DNA of 63,905 nt, the filler included, from Phoronis australis (Eukaryota; Animalia; Phoronida), in the NCBI GenBank assembly GCA_002633005.1. It is 7 parts of 7 records of this genome, joined end to end, with 100 filler letters (N's around TTAATTAATTAA, not from the genome) between each part and the next. Parts side by side here need not be neighbours in the genome. Positions count along the whole stretch, not along the records: positions 17,094 to 36,494 come from NMRA01001443.1; 6 more parts are not named here. One strand, 5' to 3'. Within the stretch, counting starts at the first letter, position 1. Each line of letters starts with the position of its first letter. Made by a program: the position numbers and the translations under genes. A model generated the notes under the pieces. It was not told the DNA's origin. It did no database searches and worked only from the letters and a program-made list of their open reading frames with translations. Below are positions 23,922-35,890 of this stretch, piece by piece.

Positions 23922-26900
23922 AGGTTAGGCCAAGGCCCGCAAGACAAGTCGTCATGGAAATTTATTTGTTGGAATATCGAAGGTCTAAAGCATAAAATAC
24001 AGAGATCTGATTTTGTAAATATGATATGTACATATGATATTATCGCTTTTGTTGAAACATGGGGAATGAATGAAGATGAGTTTACACTGGAAGGGTACCA
24101 GTGTTTTGGGTCGGTGAGAAATAAACACCCTCAAGCATTTCGGAATTCTGGCGGTGTAGTATTATTTTGTAAGGATTTATTGGGGGCTATTAGGCTTCCT
24201 TCAAGTTCGTGTGACGTTTTATGGGTAAAAATTGACCTACCCGATTATCTGTATCCTGTTTTAGTTGCAGTTGTGTATCAGTCTCCAAAAAGTTCAAGTA
24301 AAAATTTGGAAATAATGAAAACACTTGAGCGGGAGGTACAAGGTTATACTGCTGAAATGAGAGGGGATTGTCACCTTTTAATTATGGGCGATTTTAATGC
24401 TCGTACGCGTAACAGGCCAGACTTTATTGCAGATGACAGTATTAAGTATATGGATGAATCCAGTGCTATTTTTGATTGTGTTGGTTATGTAGAAGATCGC
24501 CTGTGTTGTAGGACCTCACAAGATAATGGTGAGGTAAATGAGTTTGGTACAGAATTATTAGATTTTTGTCAAAGAAATGAGATAAGAATTCTGAATGGAA
24601 GAGTAGGGAAAGATGCAGACATTGGTAGTGTAACATGTGTAACTTATAATGGATCTAGTGTTGTTGATTATGTCATGATGAGCAAGGATTTATTGTACTG
24701 TGTGGACGGTTTTGAAATCGGTGAAATATGTGAATCGACTGCGCACTTTCCATTGATTTTTAGTATGTGTAAGACGCAGCAAAACAACTGGGCTCGAGGT
24801 GAACAGAATGAAAATGTTTATAAATGGAACGAGGGGTTGAGCCTAAGATATGCAGAAAACTGGTCGAGCCCGGAGGTGGATCAGTTGCTCGCTGACGTGC
24901 AGAGTCATTTACCCTCGACCATAGATTCAAGTGTAGAAAGTTTAATGGAAGCCATTAAATTATGTGCTGCAGACATGTTAAAACCAAAAGTGAACATATC
25001 TTATAACCCAGTTAGTTTTCCCAAATGGTTTGACGCTGATTGTAGGGAGATGAGAGCTGTCGTTAGGCAAAAATTATGTAATTTTAGATTCAGTATTGGA
25101 ACACTGAGAGAAAACATTTGCCGAACTCTATATGTACAAGCTAGAAGGGATTATGGAAACTTAAAAAAAGTGAAACAGATAGAGTGTAAAAGAAAACATT
25201 ACAAAACTTTAAAATCAGCTGTGGAGAGTAAAGACAGTAAAAAATTCTGGCGCGCATTTAATATTAAGAAGAAAGGTGTATCAACGAATATTAAACCGGA
25301 GGAATGGATAAATTATTTCAGCTCTCTGTTCGAAGGCCAATATTTTGTTACTAATCCGGAGTTCGCTGAGTTTCATGCTTTTATTGAGAACTCAGTAAAA
25401 AATGACATCAATTCAAGTAATGCAGTTGTTGATATGGAGTTGGACGCTGAAATCACAAAAGACGAAATTATACAAACCATCGGTAGTATGAAAGATGGAA
25501 CTTCGCCAGGATGTGATAAAATTAGCATTGAGTTCTACAAGTATGCTGATAAAAAGTTGGTAGATTCGCTGTTCCAGCTTTACAACTACTTTTTTAAAAA
25601 TGGTGTGTTTCCAAAAGAATGGACAAAATCCATTATAGTACCGATATTTAAGGGCGGTACCAAAATTCCTGAAAATTTCAGAGGAATATCCCTCATGCAA
25701 GTCACGGCCAAAATATTCGAAAAAATATTGTGCCAGCGACTTCAAAAATGGTCGGAAAGAGAAAACGTAATTAGTATGTCTCAAGCTGCGTTTAGGAAAG
25801 GACACAGTACGGTGGATCACATGTTTGCTTTATATACGTTAATAATTAAATATTTGACACGAGATAAAGGTAGATTCTATTGTGCTTTCGTGGATTTTAA
25901 GGCAGCTTATGACAGTATATATAGAAGCGCATTGTATTTTAAATTAAGAAACAATCGCATAGAAGGTAAGATGTATAAGATAATAAAAGCAATGTACGCT
26001 GAAGTAAAAGCGTGCGTGAAAATGAGTAACGGAAGCTACACGGAGTTCTTTGATTGTCATAATGGTCTAAAACAAGGCTCTCAGCTATCACCGTTTTTGT
26101 TTATTTTATTTATAAACGATCTCGAACAAGAATTAGAATCCGGGGGAGGTGAAACAATTTCCATGGGATCAGCTGAATTATTGCATCTGCTGTTTGCTGA
26201 TGATTTGGTTTTATTTTCTTATAGTGTGAAAGGACTGCAGAAAAAATTGAACATTTTATATGAGTATAGCCAGAAATGGAAATTGATTGTTAACATGTCG
26301 AAGACTAAGATAATTGTTTTCAGAAAAGGTGGAATGTTACGATCGTATGAAAAATGGACGTATGATGGGAATACTGTTAATATTGTAAATGCATACAAAT
26401 ATCTAGGATTAATGTTTACTACGAAAGGTTCGTGGTCTTGCGCACAGAAAACTCTATCATTACAGGCTACTAAGGCAGTGAATTTGATGAGAAAAAATGT
26501 CAATGGTTTTAATGCACTCCCTGTTAAAGTTAGTTTAAAATTATTCGATTGTAAAATATTGCCGATACTTCATTATGGCTGTGAGATCTGGGGTTTTAAT
26601 GATTGCGAATGTATTGAAATAGTCCACACAAAATTTTGTAAAGAAATTTTAAATTTGCCTAGCACGGCAATTTCATCGACTGCTAGAGGTGAGATGGGTC
26701 GTTACTCCTTGATTGCTTACCGACTTCCTAGAATTATGAAATATTGGTTAAAACTATTAAAAACCGATGAGTCAAAAATTACATATCATTGCTATGAATG
26801 GCAGTACAATATGACGGAAAATGTTAATAAACCGTGCTGGGTTAATGATGTTAAGAAATTGTTATTTCAGTTTGGTTTTGGAGAAGCATGGTATAATCAG

Positions 26901-27398
26901 GGTGTAGGTTCCGAGACAAGCTTCATATCACTTTTTAAACAAAGATGCAAAGATATTGATCAGCAAAAATGGCAAGATATTTTGAACAATTCGATTAAGC
27001 TGGAAACTTACAGAACTTTTAAGTTAAATATATGTTTTGAAAACTATTTAGATGTAATTGACAATGTAAATGTTAGATCTGATATGGTGAGATTGAGATG
27101 TTCAGCGCATGCACTAATGATTGAAAAGGGTAGACACTTGAAACTTAACAGAACAGAAAGGTTATGCCCTCTCTGTGTTAGGACATATGTCGAGTCGGAA
27201 TATCATTTTGTTATCGAATGCCCATTCTACGATGACCTTAGGAAACGATATTTGCCTGCATGGAGCTACAACAATCCCAATGTTACAAAATTCAACAGAC
27301 TCATGACTATGGAGGAAAAAGATCTTATATGGTCAACATGTAAATATGTTCATTTCGCATTCAAGCGAAGAAGAATTCGGTTTACTTCTAGTGATTGA
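23922..27398 (+). CDS. LINE ORF2: AP endonuclease, reverse transcriptase and C-terminal Cys/His motif
   Basis: Frame open from 23922 (first ATG 24021, 1125 aa). Motifs CWNIEGL, VETW, GDFNAR, VVDY, FVDFKAAYD, GLKQGSQLSP, LFADD, YKYLG and CPLC...EYHFVIECP; no internal stops. Confidence 0.95.
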   Translation, partial: RLGQGPQDKSSWKFICWNIEGLKHKIQRSDFVNMICTYDIIAFVETWGMNEDEFTLEGYQCFGSVRNKHPQAFRNSGGVVLFCKDLLGAIRLPSSSCDVLWVKIDLPDYLYPVLVAVVYQSPKSSSKNLEIMKTLEREVQGYTAEMRGDCHLLIMGDFNARTRNRPDFIADDSIKYMDESSAIFDCVGYVEDRLCCRTSQDNGEVNEFGTELLDFCQRNEIRILNGRVGKDADIGSVTCVTYNGSSVVDYVMMSKDLLYCVDGFEIGEICESTAHFPLIFSMCKTQQNNWARGEQNENVYKWNEGLSLRYAENWSSPEVDQLLADVQSHLPSTIDSSVESLMEAIKLCAADMLKPKVNISYNPVSFPKWFDADCREMRAVVRQKLCNFRFSIGTLRENICRTLYVQARRDYGNLKKVKQIECKRKHYKTLKSAVESKDSKKFWRAFNIKKKGVSTNIKPEEWINYFSSLFEGQYFVTNPEFAEFHAFIENSVKNDINSSNAVVDMELDAEITKDEIIQTIGSMKDGTSPGCDKISIEFYKYADKKLVDSLFQLYNYFFKNGVFPKEWTKSIIVPIFKGGTKIPENFRGISLMQVTAKIFEKILCQRLQKWSERENVISMSQAAFRKGHSTVDHMFALYTLIIKYLTRDKGRFYCAFVDFKAAYDSIYRSALYFKLRNNRIEGKMYKIIKAMYAEVKACVKMSNGSYTEFFDCHNGLKQGSQLSPFLFILFINDLEQELESGGGETISMGSAELLHLLFADDLVLFSYSVKGLQKKLNILYEYSQKWKLIVNMSKTKIIVFRKGGMLRSYEKWTYDGNTVNIVNAYKYLGLMFTTKGSWSCAQKTLSLQATKAVNLMRKNVNGFNALPVKVSLKLFDCKILPILHYGCEIWGFNDCECIEIVHTKFCKEILNLPSTAISSTARGEMGRYSLIAYRLPRIMKYWLKLLKTDESKITYHCYEWQYNMTENVNKPCWVNDVKKLLFQFGFGEAWYNQGVGSETSFISLFKQRCKDIDQQKWQDILNNSIKLETYRTFKLNICFENYLDVIDNVNVRSDMVRLRCSAHALMIEKGRHLKLNRTERLCPLCVRTYVESEYHFVIECPFYDDLRKRYLPAWSYNNPNVTKFNRLMTMEEKDLIWSTCKYVHFAFKRRRIRFTSSD

Positions 27399-28017
27399 CA
27401 CTTACCTTTATTGTATTGATGATTTGATTGTAACAAGGGCCGGAGGCCTAGTTATTGAATAAATATATATATATATAAAGGGATGTGTGACTTCAATTTA
27501 CACAGCACATTGGCCAGGTGTAACCAAGAAAAAAGAAAGTAAATTCTTTTTCTCGGGTCAAATAACAGCTACCTTATCTGCCTCATTCATGTTTGAAAGG
27601 AAGTGCCTTTTACAGCTATTAAAAAATTCAGAGGGTAACCATTGGCACGCAATAACTGGAAAATCCTAGCTACGTCACTATCAAAATTTAAATTGGTGGA
27701 ACAAATTCTCCAGGCACGGTTTAACAAGCAATTGACTACACCTCTCTTGTATTGGTTAGGCACAAAACTATCAAATTAAAGATAAAGCCCAGAAAACTGG
27801 GTTTACGTTACACAGATGTAACAACGGTGCTATTCTCACGGGACAAACATCCGTAGGTGTCCACCCTCCCGTTCAGCAACCCTAGGTCCTCGCTGAAAAG
27901 CAAGACTTTGCGAGATTACGTGAGATATTGCCCTGTTTTTAAATGAGAACACGTGACTTTAGTTAGATTTTAGCTAAGTCCAAGCGTAGGTCCTAGCGTT
28001 ACTGAACGCACGCCTAG

Positions 28018-28830
28018 ATTGGTTACGTATAAACCTGTCAGTGGAAGATTTTATAAATATTTTATGGTATCCATTTTGAATCGAGAGGTTATTTAAAAAT
28101 TCAAGTTCCCGGTCAAACAAGTCAGAATTGCTACATATCTTAAAGGCCCGAATTATCAGACCATTGACCAGACCAGTTTTGTGCTTTTTAGGAACAAAAC
28201 TAACTATCCCACTTGAGGTCATGTACAGACCTGAACTGAAGAAAGTGTTTCTCAATCTCCCCTATTTAGGTGATAGTAGTTGTGTAGTCGAGAGGCAGAT
28301 CAAGAGAATGCTTGGAGCTATTGCTCCACGTTTGCAACTCGTAACAATCTTCAAAACTATAAACAGACTTTTGTCATTGTCGAGACTTAAAACACCATTG
28401 AGTAATTCTCAAAGAAGTCATGTTGTGTACCAACTCAACTGTAGTGATTGAACATTTTTACATTGGAATGACGAATAGGATTCTTAGCATCAGATACACA
28501 CAGAGCTGTTCTCAATCATTCCGTGACAACTGGTCACACTATAGATTGCTCTGGTGTTCAGATCCTAGACAAGAATAATGCCACCCTCAGGCTCCTCACA
28601 AAGGAGGTTATGCATATACGGTTGAATCATGCTGAGTGTTACCTCAGTAGAAACATTGGTTCACTTGAGCTCCAGCTGTTTTGATTTCTGGATCTCTCCC
28701 CATCACAATGCATTTTGACGTGTACCTGTTCAGTCTTTTCTCTACCTGCGTCGCCTGTTTTGAGTCTGTGAACTGTTTCCGTTAGAATGGTTTAGAGTAA
28801 TAAACCGAAACGTTGGATAGATAAGTCGTT
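28018..28830 (+). mobile_element. Second Penelope-like relic with an inverted 5' segment
   Basis: Plus strand from ~28209: PELKKVFLNLPYLG...SHVVYQLNCSD*TFYIGMTNR (GIY-YIG). Minus strand ~28208-28018: SFVPKKHKTGLVNGLIIRAFKICS...NGY (RT C-terminus). Degenerate hammerhead-like stem GGTTTA/TAAACC-GAAACGTT at 28789-28814. Confidence 0.8.
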
Positions 28831-29798
28831 ATTTACTTACGCGCTAATTTTAAAATCCATGCTTCTGATCTGGTCTAAATCAAATGTGATCAATAGTCTG
28901 GTTATTTCGCTGAATGTTCAGACTTGTCAAGGTGCATATCTTCTTTTCTCGTGACTTACGCAATATCATGATCATCGGGTCTAAAAAGTTCCTTTGTCAT
29001 GCAAGCAATTAGTTTCTACCACTGAAAAGAACTGATGAGAGTAAAGACGTCACAATGTGAGGCTGCGAATATCATTTGAATAGCCTTCTGCATGATTTTC
29101 GACAAACATGACAAGGAGTTAAGTGATTATTGTGATAAGACATGTATACATTCACGAGGGTACATGGATCAAATGCAGGAGTGTAGATTTCTCATGAAAT
29201 TGTGAGACACTTCTTACAACACCTTTTAGGGTCCATTTTCGGATCACCACTGTTTTTAATGTTTATTATGAAATATTGATATTAAATATAATAAATATAC
29301 ATACCGGTACCCAGAAAGAGCCAAGAGACATTGTATTTGAGATAAATACATACAAAGAAATACATAAGTTAAAAAAATATGTCAAGAGTACAATGACATA
29401 TGATTACAAATGCATACACAATAAGTTATTTTGCATGTATACAATTTCATCGACTCACACAAGGGGATTCAATAGTAAAAAGAAATGTTCTTTACATCCA
29501 TTTAGAAACAAAAATAATTTTGTTATACATTTGTGGAATATCAGAATACTTTTTGTAACCATTGGGGTATTGTTCGAGGAAAAGCTGTACCCTCTGCCCC
29601 CTTTCCCTCATTCTGTACAAGCAAAGAAAACATGAGCACGTCCACGACCGCTGCATTGCGGGTTTCTTTAAGCAGAAAATCGCCCTGTAACGGTCACAAT
29701 TTTTAGAAAATTTCTACACTAAAACCATATTTTTATTGAATCGAACAAATTTCGGGGCAAATCTACCGTTGGACTTAGCCACGCTCGCAATTTCAAGC

Positions 29799-29883
29799 GT
29801 GTGTGTGTGTGTTTGCGTGTGTGTGTGTGTGTGNNNNNNNNNNNNNNNNNNNNNNNNNNNNNNNNNNNNNNNNNNNNNNNNNN

Positions 29884-29916
<33 letters not shown>

Positions 29917-29934
29917 GGTGTGCGTGTGTGTGTG
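29799..29934. repeat. (GT)n microsatellite spanning a 50-N gap
   Basis: Direct reading. Confidence 0.95.
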
Positions 29935-32900
29935 CTACAAGAGCAGACTAAAGGTTTGTTTAGCTTCATATTTTCAAAAATATAAGTTGAGCTTCAAGTC
30001 GAAACATTATCTTGATATCCATCTGTGTGGAGTTGTATAATTACTACAATACAGGAAGTAAAAGCACGTGAGCGCGTTCATTCAGATACGCCCATATTAG
30101 ATTTTCTTCCTGGTTAAGACTGGAACTTGCTTCAGGGTCGATTTTGTGAACACAAAAGATGTAGCAGGAAAGAATGTCCTCCAAGCTTGTTGTACTACAC
30201 GGATGAATTAGAGCGCAGGCATGAATGCCCGTTATTCAGCTGGAATGCCCGGATGCTCAATTGAAATGTACTCTGGTCAGAAACACAGCTGAGAACGTTT
30301 TGTTTATTCTGAGTCTAACAGCTCGGCTCTAATGGCACAGCGACAGTCGAATGCAGACTCGTCCCAAAGCCTCAAGATGGCGCTAATCGGTTTAGCCATT
30401 TGAAGCTTCGTTATGGTAAATAAGTTCTGCGCAATGATTGGCTGCTGCCTTGACGTCTTTTAAACAAAGGTAGACTTTAATCATTTTCACAGGCGTTGAT
30501 GCTGCCATTCATGAAGCAGAAGACATTTTTTTGGTTATTGTTTGAAATAAAGGTTGTTGGCGTACTTATGTTCGACAATTTTTATTAATAGTATCATAGC
30601 AATTAATGAGTTTTCGAATAAAATTATATCTTTTTAGCAATAACTTAAACTAAAATTTCTGCAATATACCGTTAGCGTTCACTTTTATATCATACTGCAG
30701 AAAATTACAAAGTTGTATAATTTTATATTACTCGTGATGTTCCGGTTATTTCTGTAAAAATGTGTCAGAATTCTCAAGACACAATTTTAGTTCCCATATC
30801 CAAGCCTAAAATGGCTCTCGCTGGTTCCCTGCGTGTCGCTAGGTGGCCAGCACGCAGGTATCATTTAATTTTCCTCGGGAATTTTTACGCCGGCATTTCT
30901 GATTGGCTGGTCGATTTCTCAACAGGTAGCGGTTTACGCGAGCAAACTGACATGGCTGACGGAGATGTAAATACGGTCTGTTGTACAGATAAATCGATGC
31001 ATAAAATTCATGTTTAAGAAATGTGAATCCCAGAAAAGTGTGGTTGCGCCTTTTCGGGGTGCATCTTTCTACTGTCGATGATTTTGTTCACAGTATGAAT
31101 AACACACCAATTAAATCGGCCAGATGTGTGTTTGCTGTACATGTATGTGCTTCAAGCACGCTGCTATTGAACATAACTGTAGAAGCGAAATAGTTGCTTG
31201 CATGGCAAGGCTAAAAATTGTTCAGTCGTCCGCCATTATATCACTTTGTTGTAAAGCTAACCAATGACTGCCGAGGTTACATCAACCACTGATAAAGAAC
31301 GTGCGTGTGGGAACCAGAAAACGGCTAAACCGAGCAGTGACGTCTTGAGGCTTGAGAAAGATTGAAGTCCAGTGTAGCTTGGTTTACCCACAATGCCGCA
31401 ATACATGTTAAGTACTTTTGTAGCCTCGCCATTTTCGCGCCATTGGAGTCCTCGTGATCTTTGTTGATTTCCCATTCTTTAAAAGTTTTTCTCGACTACA
31501 TTACTTTGTTCATCCTCTCAATACCAATGCTTTGTTTGGCAGAAAACCCGACGCAGAAAGTCGGAAAAAATACACGTACCCGAGGATGCGAGGTAATACT
31601 GTAGGTTCTTCGCATGCTCAACATCAATCAGAGACTAGAAAATGCGGAACTAGTGGAGAATACATGTTCGTCGAGTTAATTTTGAGCCAAATAGTAACTG
31701 CTTCTTGGAGATACCCTTTCAATTCTGGTATTTTTGAATAGTCAAAAACAAGAATATTTCCACGGCCATACTCCTCGGCTGTTCCAGGCATCACCTGTGA
31801 AAATGCTCCTGACATTCCAAAAATGAGGCACACGCTTTCTTACGTTCGGGACAAAGGATAGTTTTGTCGCTGACTTATCCGACACAACCCTATTGTCGTT
31901 TACGATGGAAAGCTGCACGGATTACCACAATACGCTTCACTACGTCAAAAATAACGAGCAGGAATTGGGCCACGAGTAAAACGAAAATCGTAACAAAATC
32001 GAACGTACTATATATCAAAGGATAAATCGCATTGTGATTGAAAAAATATGTCGGAGCAGCACATTTCTACTCTACCAAAGACGTAGGCAAAAATCTTATA
32101 CGACAGTGTCACTACTCATGATGCAGGTGATCGTACCAACTTAACAGCAGATCTTAAGGAATAACGAAGAAATGAGTCAAATTGTTTCTTAATTCAAGTT
32201 GTTTTGTTAAGTTCTTGAAAACTTCAGACTCCAAAATCTGTGAAAAACAGATATGGGGTGTGCATCTGTATCCTGATGAATTTCAACTTCCTGTTTGCAA
32301 GTACAGAGCACTAAGTAACGTGAACTAAACATTTTAAACGTCCGCATTTCTAACTGCCAACTTTTTAAAGAGTCATTATAAAAATTGTGTGTTCTGACGT
32401 TGAGTGTCAGGTGGGTTTGACTACTTTGGCAACCCCTAGCAGGGGTAACATGTAATTGCATCAAACAACTCCAAATGTCCAATTAATTATAACATATAAA
32501 GATGTTTAATTTTGTATGAATACCTGACTAAATTATCCACAGCAAGTGTGAGGGATCCATAGTCCAAAACCTTTGTCTTAATGAGGTGGATTTCTTTTGA
32601 ATCATTGAAATCGTTCTTGTCGGACGGGTTTAAACAACGAAAAGTTAAGAAAATCACCGCCATTTTGTAATAGCATTGTGGTGGCTAATTCACGTACTTT
32701 GTTCAAACCAGCAAAATTAAACAAAAGTAACTTTTTAAAATCTGAGGCTCATGCCACAACATCTGTGAGCCATGCAGATCAGCATGTTAGCTATGTCTTA
32801 CCTGAAACGCAGTTTAATTGGTGACTTTAACAATCTAATTTGCTTTAGAAAAGTGGCACAAGACTGCGAAATCCGGCTGAGTCATCCTTCTCTATTACAC

Positions 32901-33290
32901 GATGTGAGCAGTCAACTCGTTTTGCATTACTGAACATACTTGCATGTACATGTGTTTCACGAAGTTTTTCCCTTGAAACTGCACTTTGCTCCGTTTAGCT
33001 GACTGAAAGAGGCATTTGAATTAGGCATTTTACTCATGTAAAACCAGTTTGAATATGTTCCTTGATGTGGCATGACAATTTCCGTTACCAAAACTAATAC
33101 AGAAACCATTAAAACTCAAAAACTCTTCAGAATTTATTTCTATTGGTCAAACTTAAAAACTGTGAAAACGAAAACGGAGCACATGGGCTTTTTTTCGACT
33201 AAAGTTGTCGATAACATTTCAACATCGGATGCGTATGGCAATGCTCTTCACCCTTACGCCCTAGGCTAAAAACTCAAACATAATAATAAT

Positions 33291-33532
33291 CAGTGGCAGA
33301 TCTACGATTTCAGTAAGGGGGGGTTTAAGATTCGAAAGAATCCGAGGCGCGTAGCGCCGAGGAGAAGGAAGGTCGCGAGAGGGTTTCCCTCCTCCCGTGT
33401 AAGATTTTTTTGGGATTTTTAGTAGCTAATTTCGTTTTTCTGGCGATATTTTTTCCAGTTTTTATTTTTGATCCTGTCCCGAGGGGGGTTTAAACCCCCT
33501 GAACCCCCCCCCCCCCTGTAGATCCGCCTCTG
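33291..33532. mobile_element. hAT-like MITE
   Basis: CAGTGGCAGATCTAC...GTAGATCCGCCTCTG terminal inverted repeats with G-run/C-run subterminals. Confidence 0.7.
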
Positions 33533-34892
33533 ATAATTGAACAGAAGTGAGATGCCCCTTTGACTTGTCAATGAAAGGATGATGGCAAATCTGGTATTGT
33601 CCACTCATATTTAGGCCAATAGCAAGAGCTGCAAGGTGCATCATTTGACGTGATTTGTTTTTCAAGTGTGAATTTCATTTTAGCTCAATTCATTTGTCTC
33701 CTGCAATATCGCAGATTAAAATACTTTGCGGCCGTACAACCGGACTGGTAATCTTAACCTTGTCACAGGAGCGCCACTACAAGCTCTCTAACCACACACA
33801 CAGAATTCTTATGCACAATGTTTTGAGCGAAATCCTTGTGGTGAGTGACAAGAGTGCTTGTTTTTACGGCACAACGAGTAACTTCACTTTCTAACGGACG
33901 CGCAGACGGACACAACCTGACCTCTCTGCCTAAAGTGACCGTGATAGCTCACGCCCATTTGCGAAGATACGACAACAATTGAATGAAATAACAGCTCGTT
34001 CTGATCTTGACGTGGGGAATCACCACTGCTATGTTTCACTGGAAGCAGACAAGCGAAACACAAACTATTGGGTCAAAGGCAACTCAAATCTGCATAATAG
34101 TGGTGTCGTAAGAACCCTGGTAGTTAATAAAAGCCCAGAGGATAACCCCAAAAAGTGATTGCACAACCTAAGCATAACGCTATGCGGTTCCTTGTTATTG
34201 TTTCTCCAGAGATTAGCAAGGATCCTGTTCTCGTAGTAAGGGTTGCTGTCAGTGGCGTTTTTGCGACCCATGCTGAGAGTACTGATGATTACCATCTCCA
34301 AAACTCATAGTCTAATTACGTCACACATTATTCGCTGAGGCATTTTACACTTTTACCTTTCTTCTTTTCAAAATAAACCCGGATATACATTAGCGTTACG
34401 TGAAAGACCAACTGACACCAATTGTAGAACACGTCTTGCTTAATTTTCTGCAATTTTGTGAGCTAGCGGAAGTGAAATATTGCAAACCAGGAACTCTTTT
34501 CATGGATAAAATTGCTTTTTCTACACTGAAAAAACAAAAGAGCTTTACAAATGACTTTTGGGTCCTAAACCACCAGACTTTCCTCGGGCCTCCACTTCAA
34601 AATTGACCTATCGCAAGTTCCGCCCCTCTAACAACCGACACATAAAAAATAAATTTACCCGCCAACGTGACGTTTGTCCGGTAAAATGGCAGTTTGGAAA
34701 CGAAGGTGTGGCAAGAATGCTGCGTTTCGACTGGTCAGTTAAGCCGTCACTCAAAATCCTGGCGATAGGTAAACTGACCAATCACATTACATGAAACTTA
34801 AACTTGAGATTTGTCAATGAATATCCGACTTTGCGGATTGAGTCGTCAAGTGCTCAGATGTTTATAATTTCCATTCCTTTCGCATTTCTGCG

Positions 34893-35890
34893 TTTCATTT
34901 CAAAGCCACGTCTAGTTGCTTCAGCCACCGCAACTTGGGCAGTATGGGCAGGTGCGTTGTCTTGAAGCAACACCACTCCATCCCGAAACTTCCCGCGTTT
35001 CTTTTCCTTCATTGCTTTTTTGTTTTTCCAAAAGTGATGCATAGTAAATCCCAGTAACAGAATGTCCTCGTTGCAAGGAGTCGATCATCAGAATACCTTC
35101 GCTGTCCCAGAACACAGAGGCCATAACTTTGTTCGCAGAGGAACACAACTTGAACTTTCTTGGGCTTGGGGAACCCACGTGCTTCCATTGTTTACTTTGT
35201 TGTTTTAATTCCGGGTCAAAGTGGCGGATCCATGTCTCATCCTGGGTTACAAGTCTTCTGGAAAATTTGGCTGGATCTGCTTGGAATCTTCCTAAAACTT
35301 CCTCTGAAATTTGCATTCTGCTCATTTTCTGATCCTGAGTTAACATTCTCGGCACCCATCGTGCACTCAGCTTACTAATGCCCAGATCTTCACACAAAAC
35401 GAACTCATTGCTGATGCCAACAGTGTTTGCCAAATGTTGAACAGTCATTTGCCTGTGTTTCATAACCATTGCATGAATTTTCTGCACATTTGCACTGGAG
35501 GTCGATTATTTTGGGCGTCCTGGACGAAGGTCATCTTCAACGCTTTCTCCCACCCCTCTTGAAACAAGCTGACCACTTTTTACGGTGGACTAGCTGGGGA
35601 GTCTGTTCCGAGTGTTTTTCGCATCTCTTCATGAATATCCTTTGGCTTCATTCCTTTTTTACCCAAATACTTTATGTCGGCTCTCGTCTCCGTTATCTCC
35701 ATGCTGCTAAATGTGTTGTCGTTTGCTTTTTTGAAGCAGCGCAACCTAGCGGCAGTTGATCGTACTAATACAGCATGAACGCAGTACTGTTATACTGTTA
35801 TAAAAGATGAAATTTTATTATGGTGAGAAAAAATTTAACCTGTGACCCTGTTTTATTGGTGAGGCCGAGAACTTATTGAACAGCCCTCGA
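34893..35890 (-). mobile_element. Degenerate mariner transposon
   Basis: KLSARWVPRMLT, TQDETW, KVMASVFWD and LLQDNAPAHTA motifs with frameshifts; TIR-like CGAGGGCTGTTCAATAAGTTCTCGGCCT at 35862-35889; 3' end missing. Confidence 0.9.

Larger units (their letters stand above)
23689..27474 (+). mobile_element. 5'-truncated non-LTR retrotransposon (APE-RT, probably RTEX-like) with 12-bp TSD
   Basis: TSD ATAAAGGGATGT at 23677-23688 and 27475-27486; ORF1 remnant, intact ORF2, short 3' UTR with AATAAA and (TA)n tail. Clade assignment is from recall of the C-terminal motif. Confidence 0.92.
23250..27830 (-). mobile_element. Penelope-like element relic (RT C-terminus, linker, GIY-YIG), interrupted by a LINE
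   Basis: Right part reads SGLYL*FDSFVPNQYKRGVVNCLLNRAWRICS...NGYP and ANVLCKLKSH; it continues across the TSD into IPLLNKRNVVYKVECDNCKEFYIRRTQKRLCDRLREH (GIY-YIG). Confidence 0.85.

Noticed and set aside
25413-26503. Antisense ORFs within LINE ORF2
   Set aside because: Shadow frames of a long coding sequence with no motifs.
29736-30040. Cys/Val-rich ORFs
   Set aside because: Translations of a (GT)n microsatellite and N gap.
31624-31790. Possible minus-strand exon VMPGTAEEYGRG...
   Set aside because: Acceptor-like site but no recognisable homology or partner exons.
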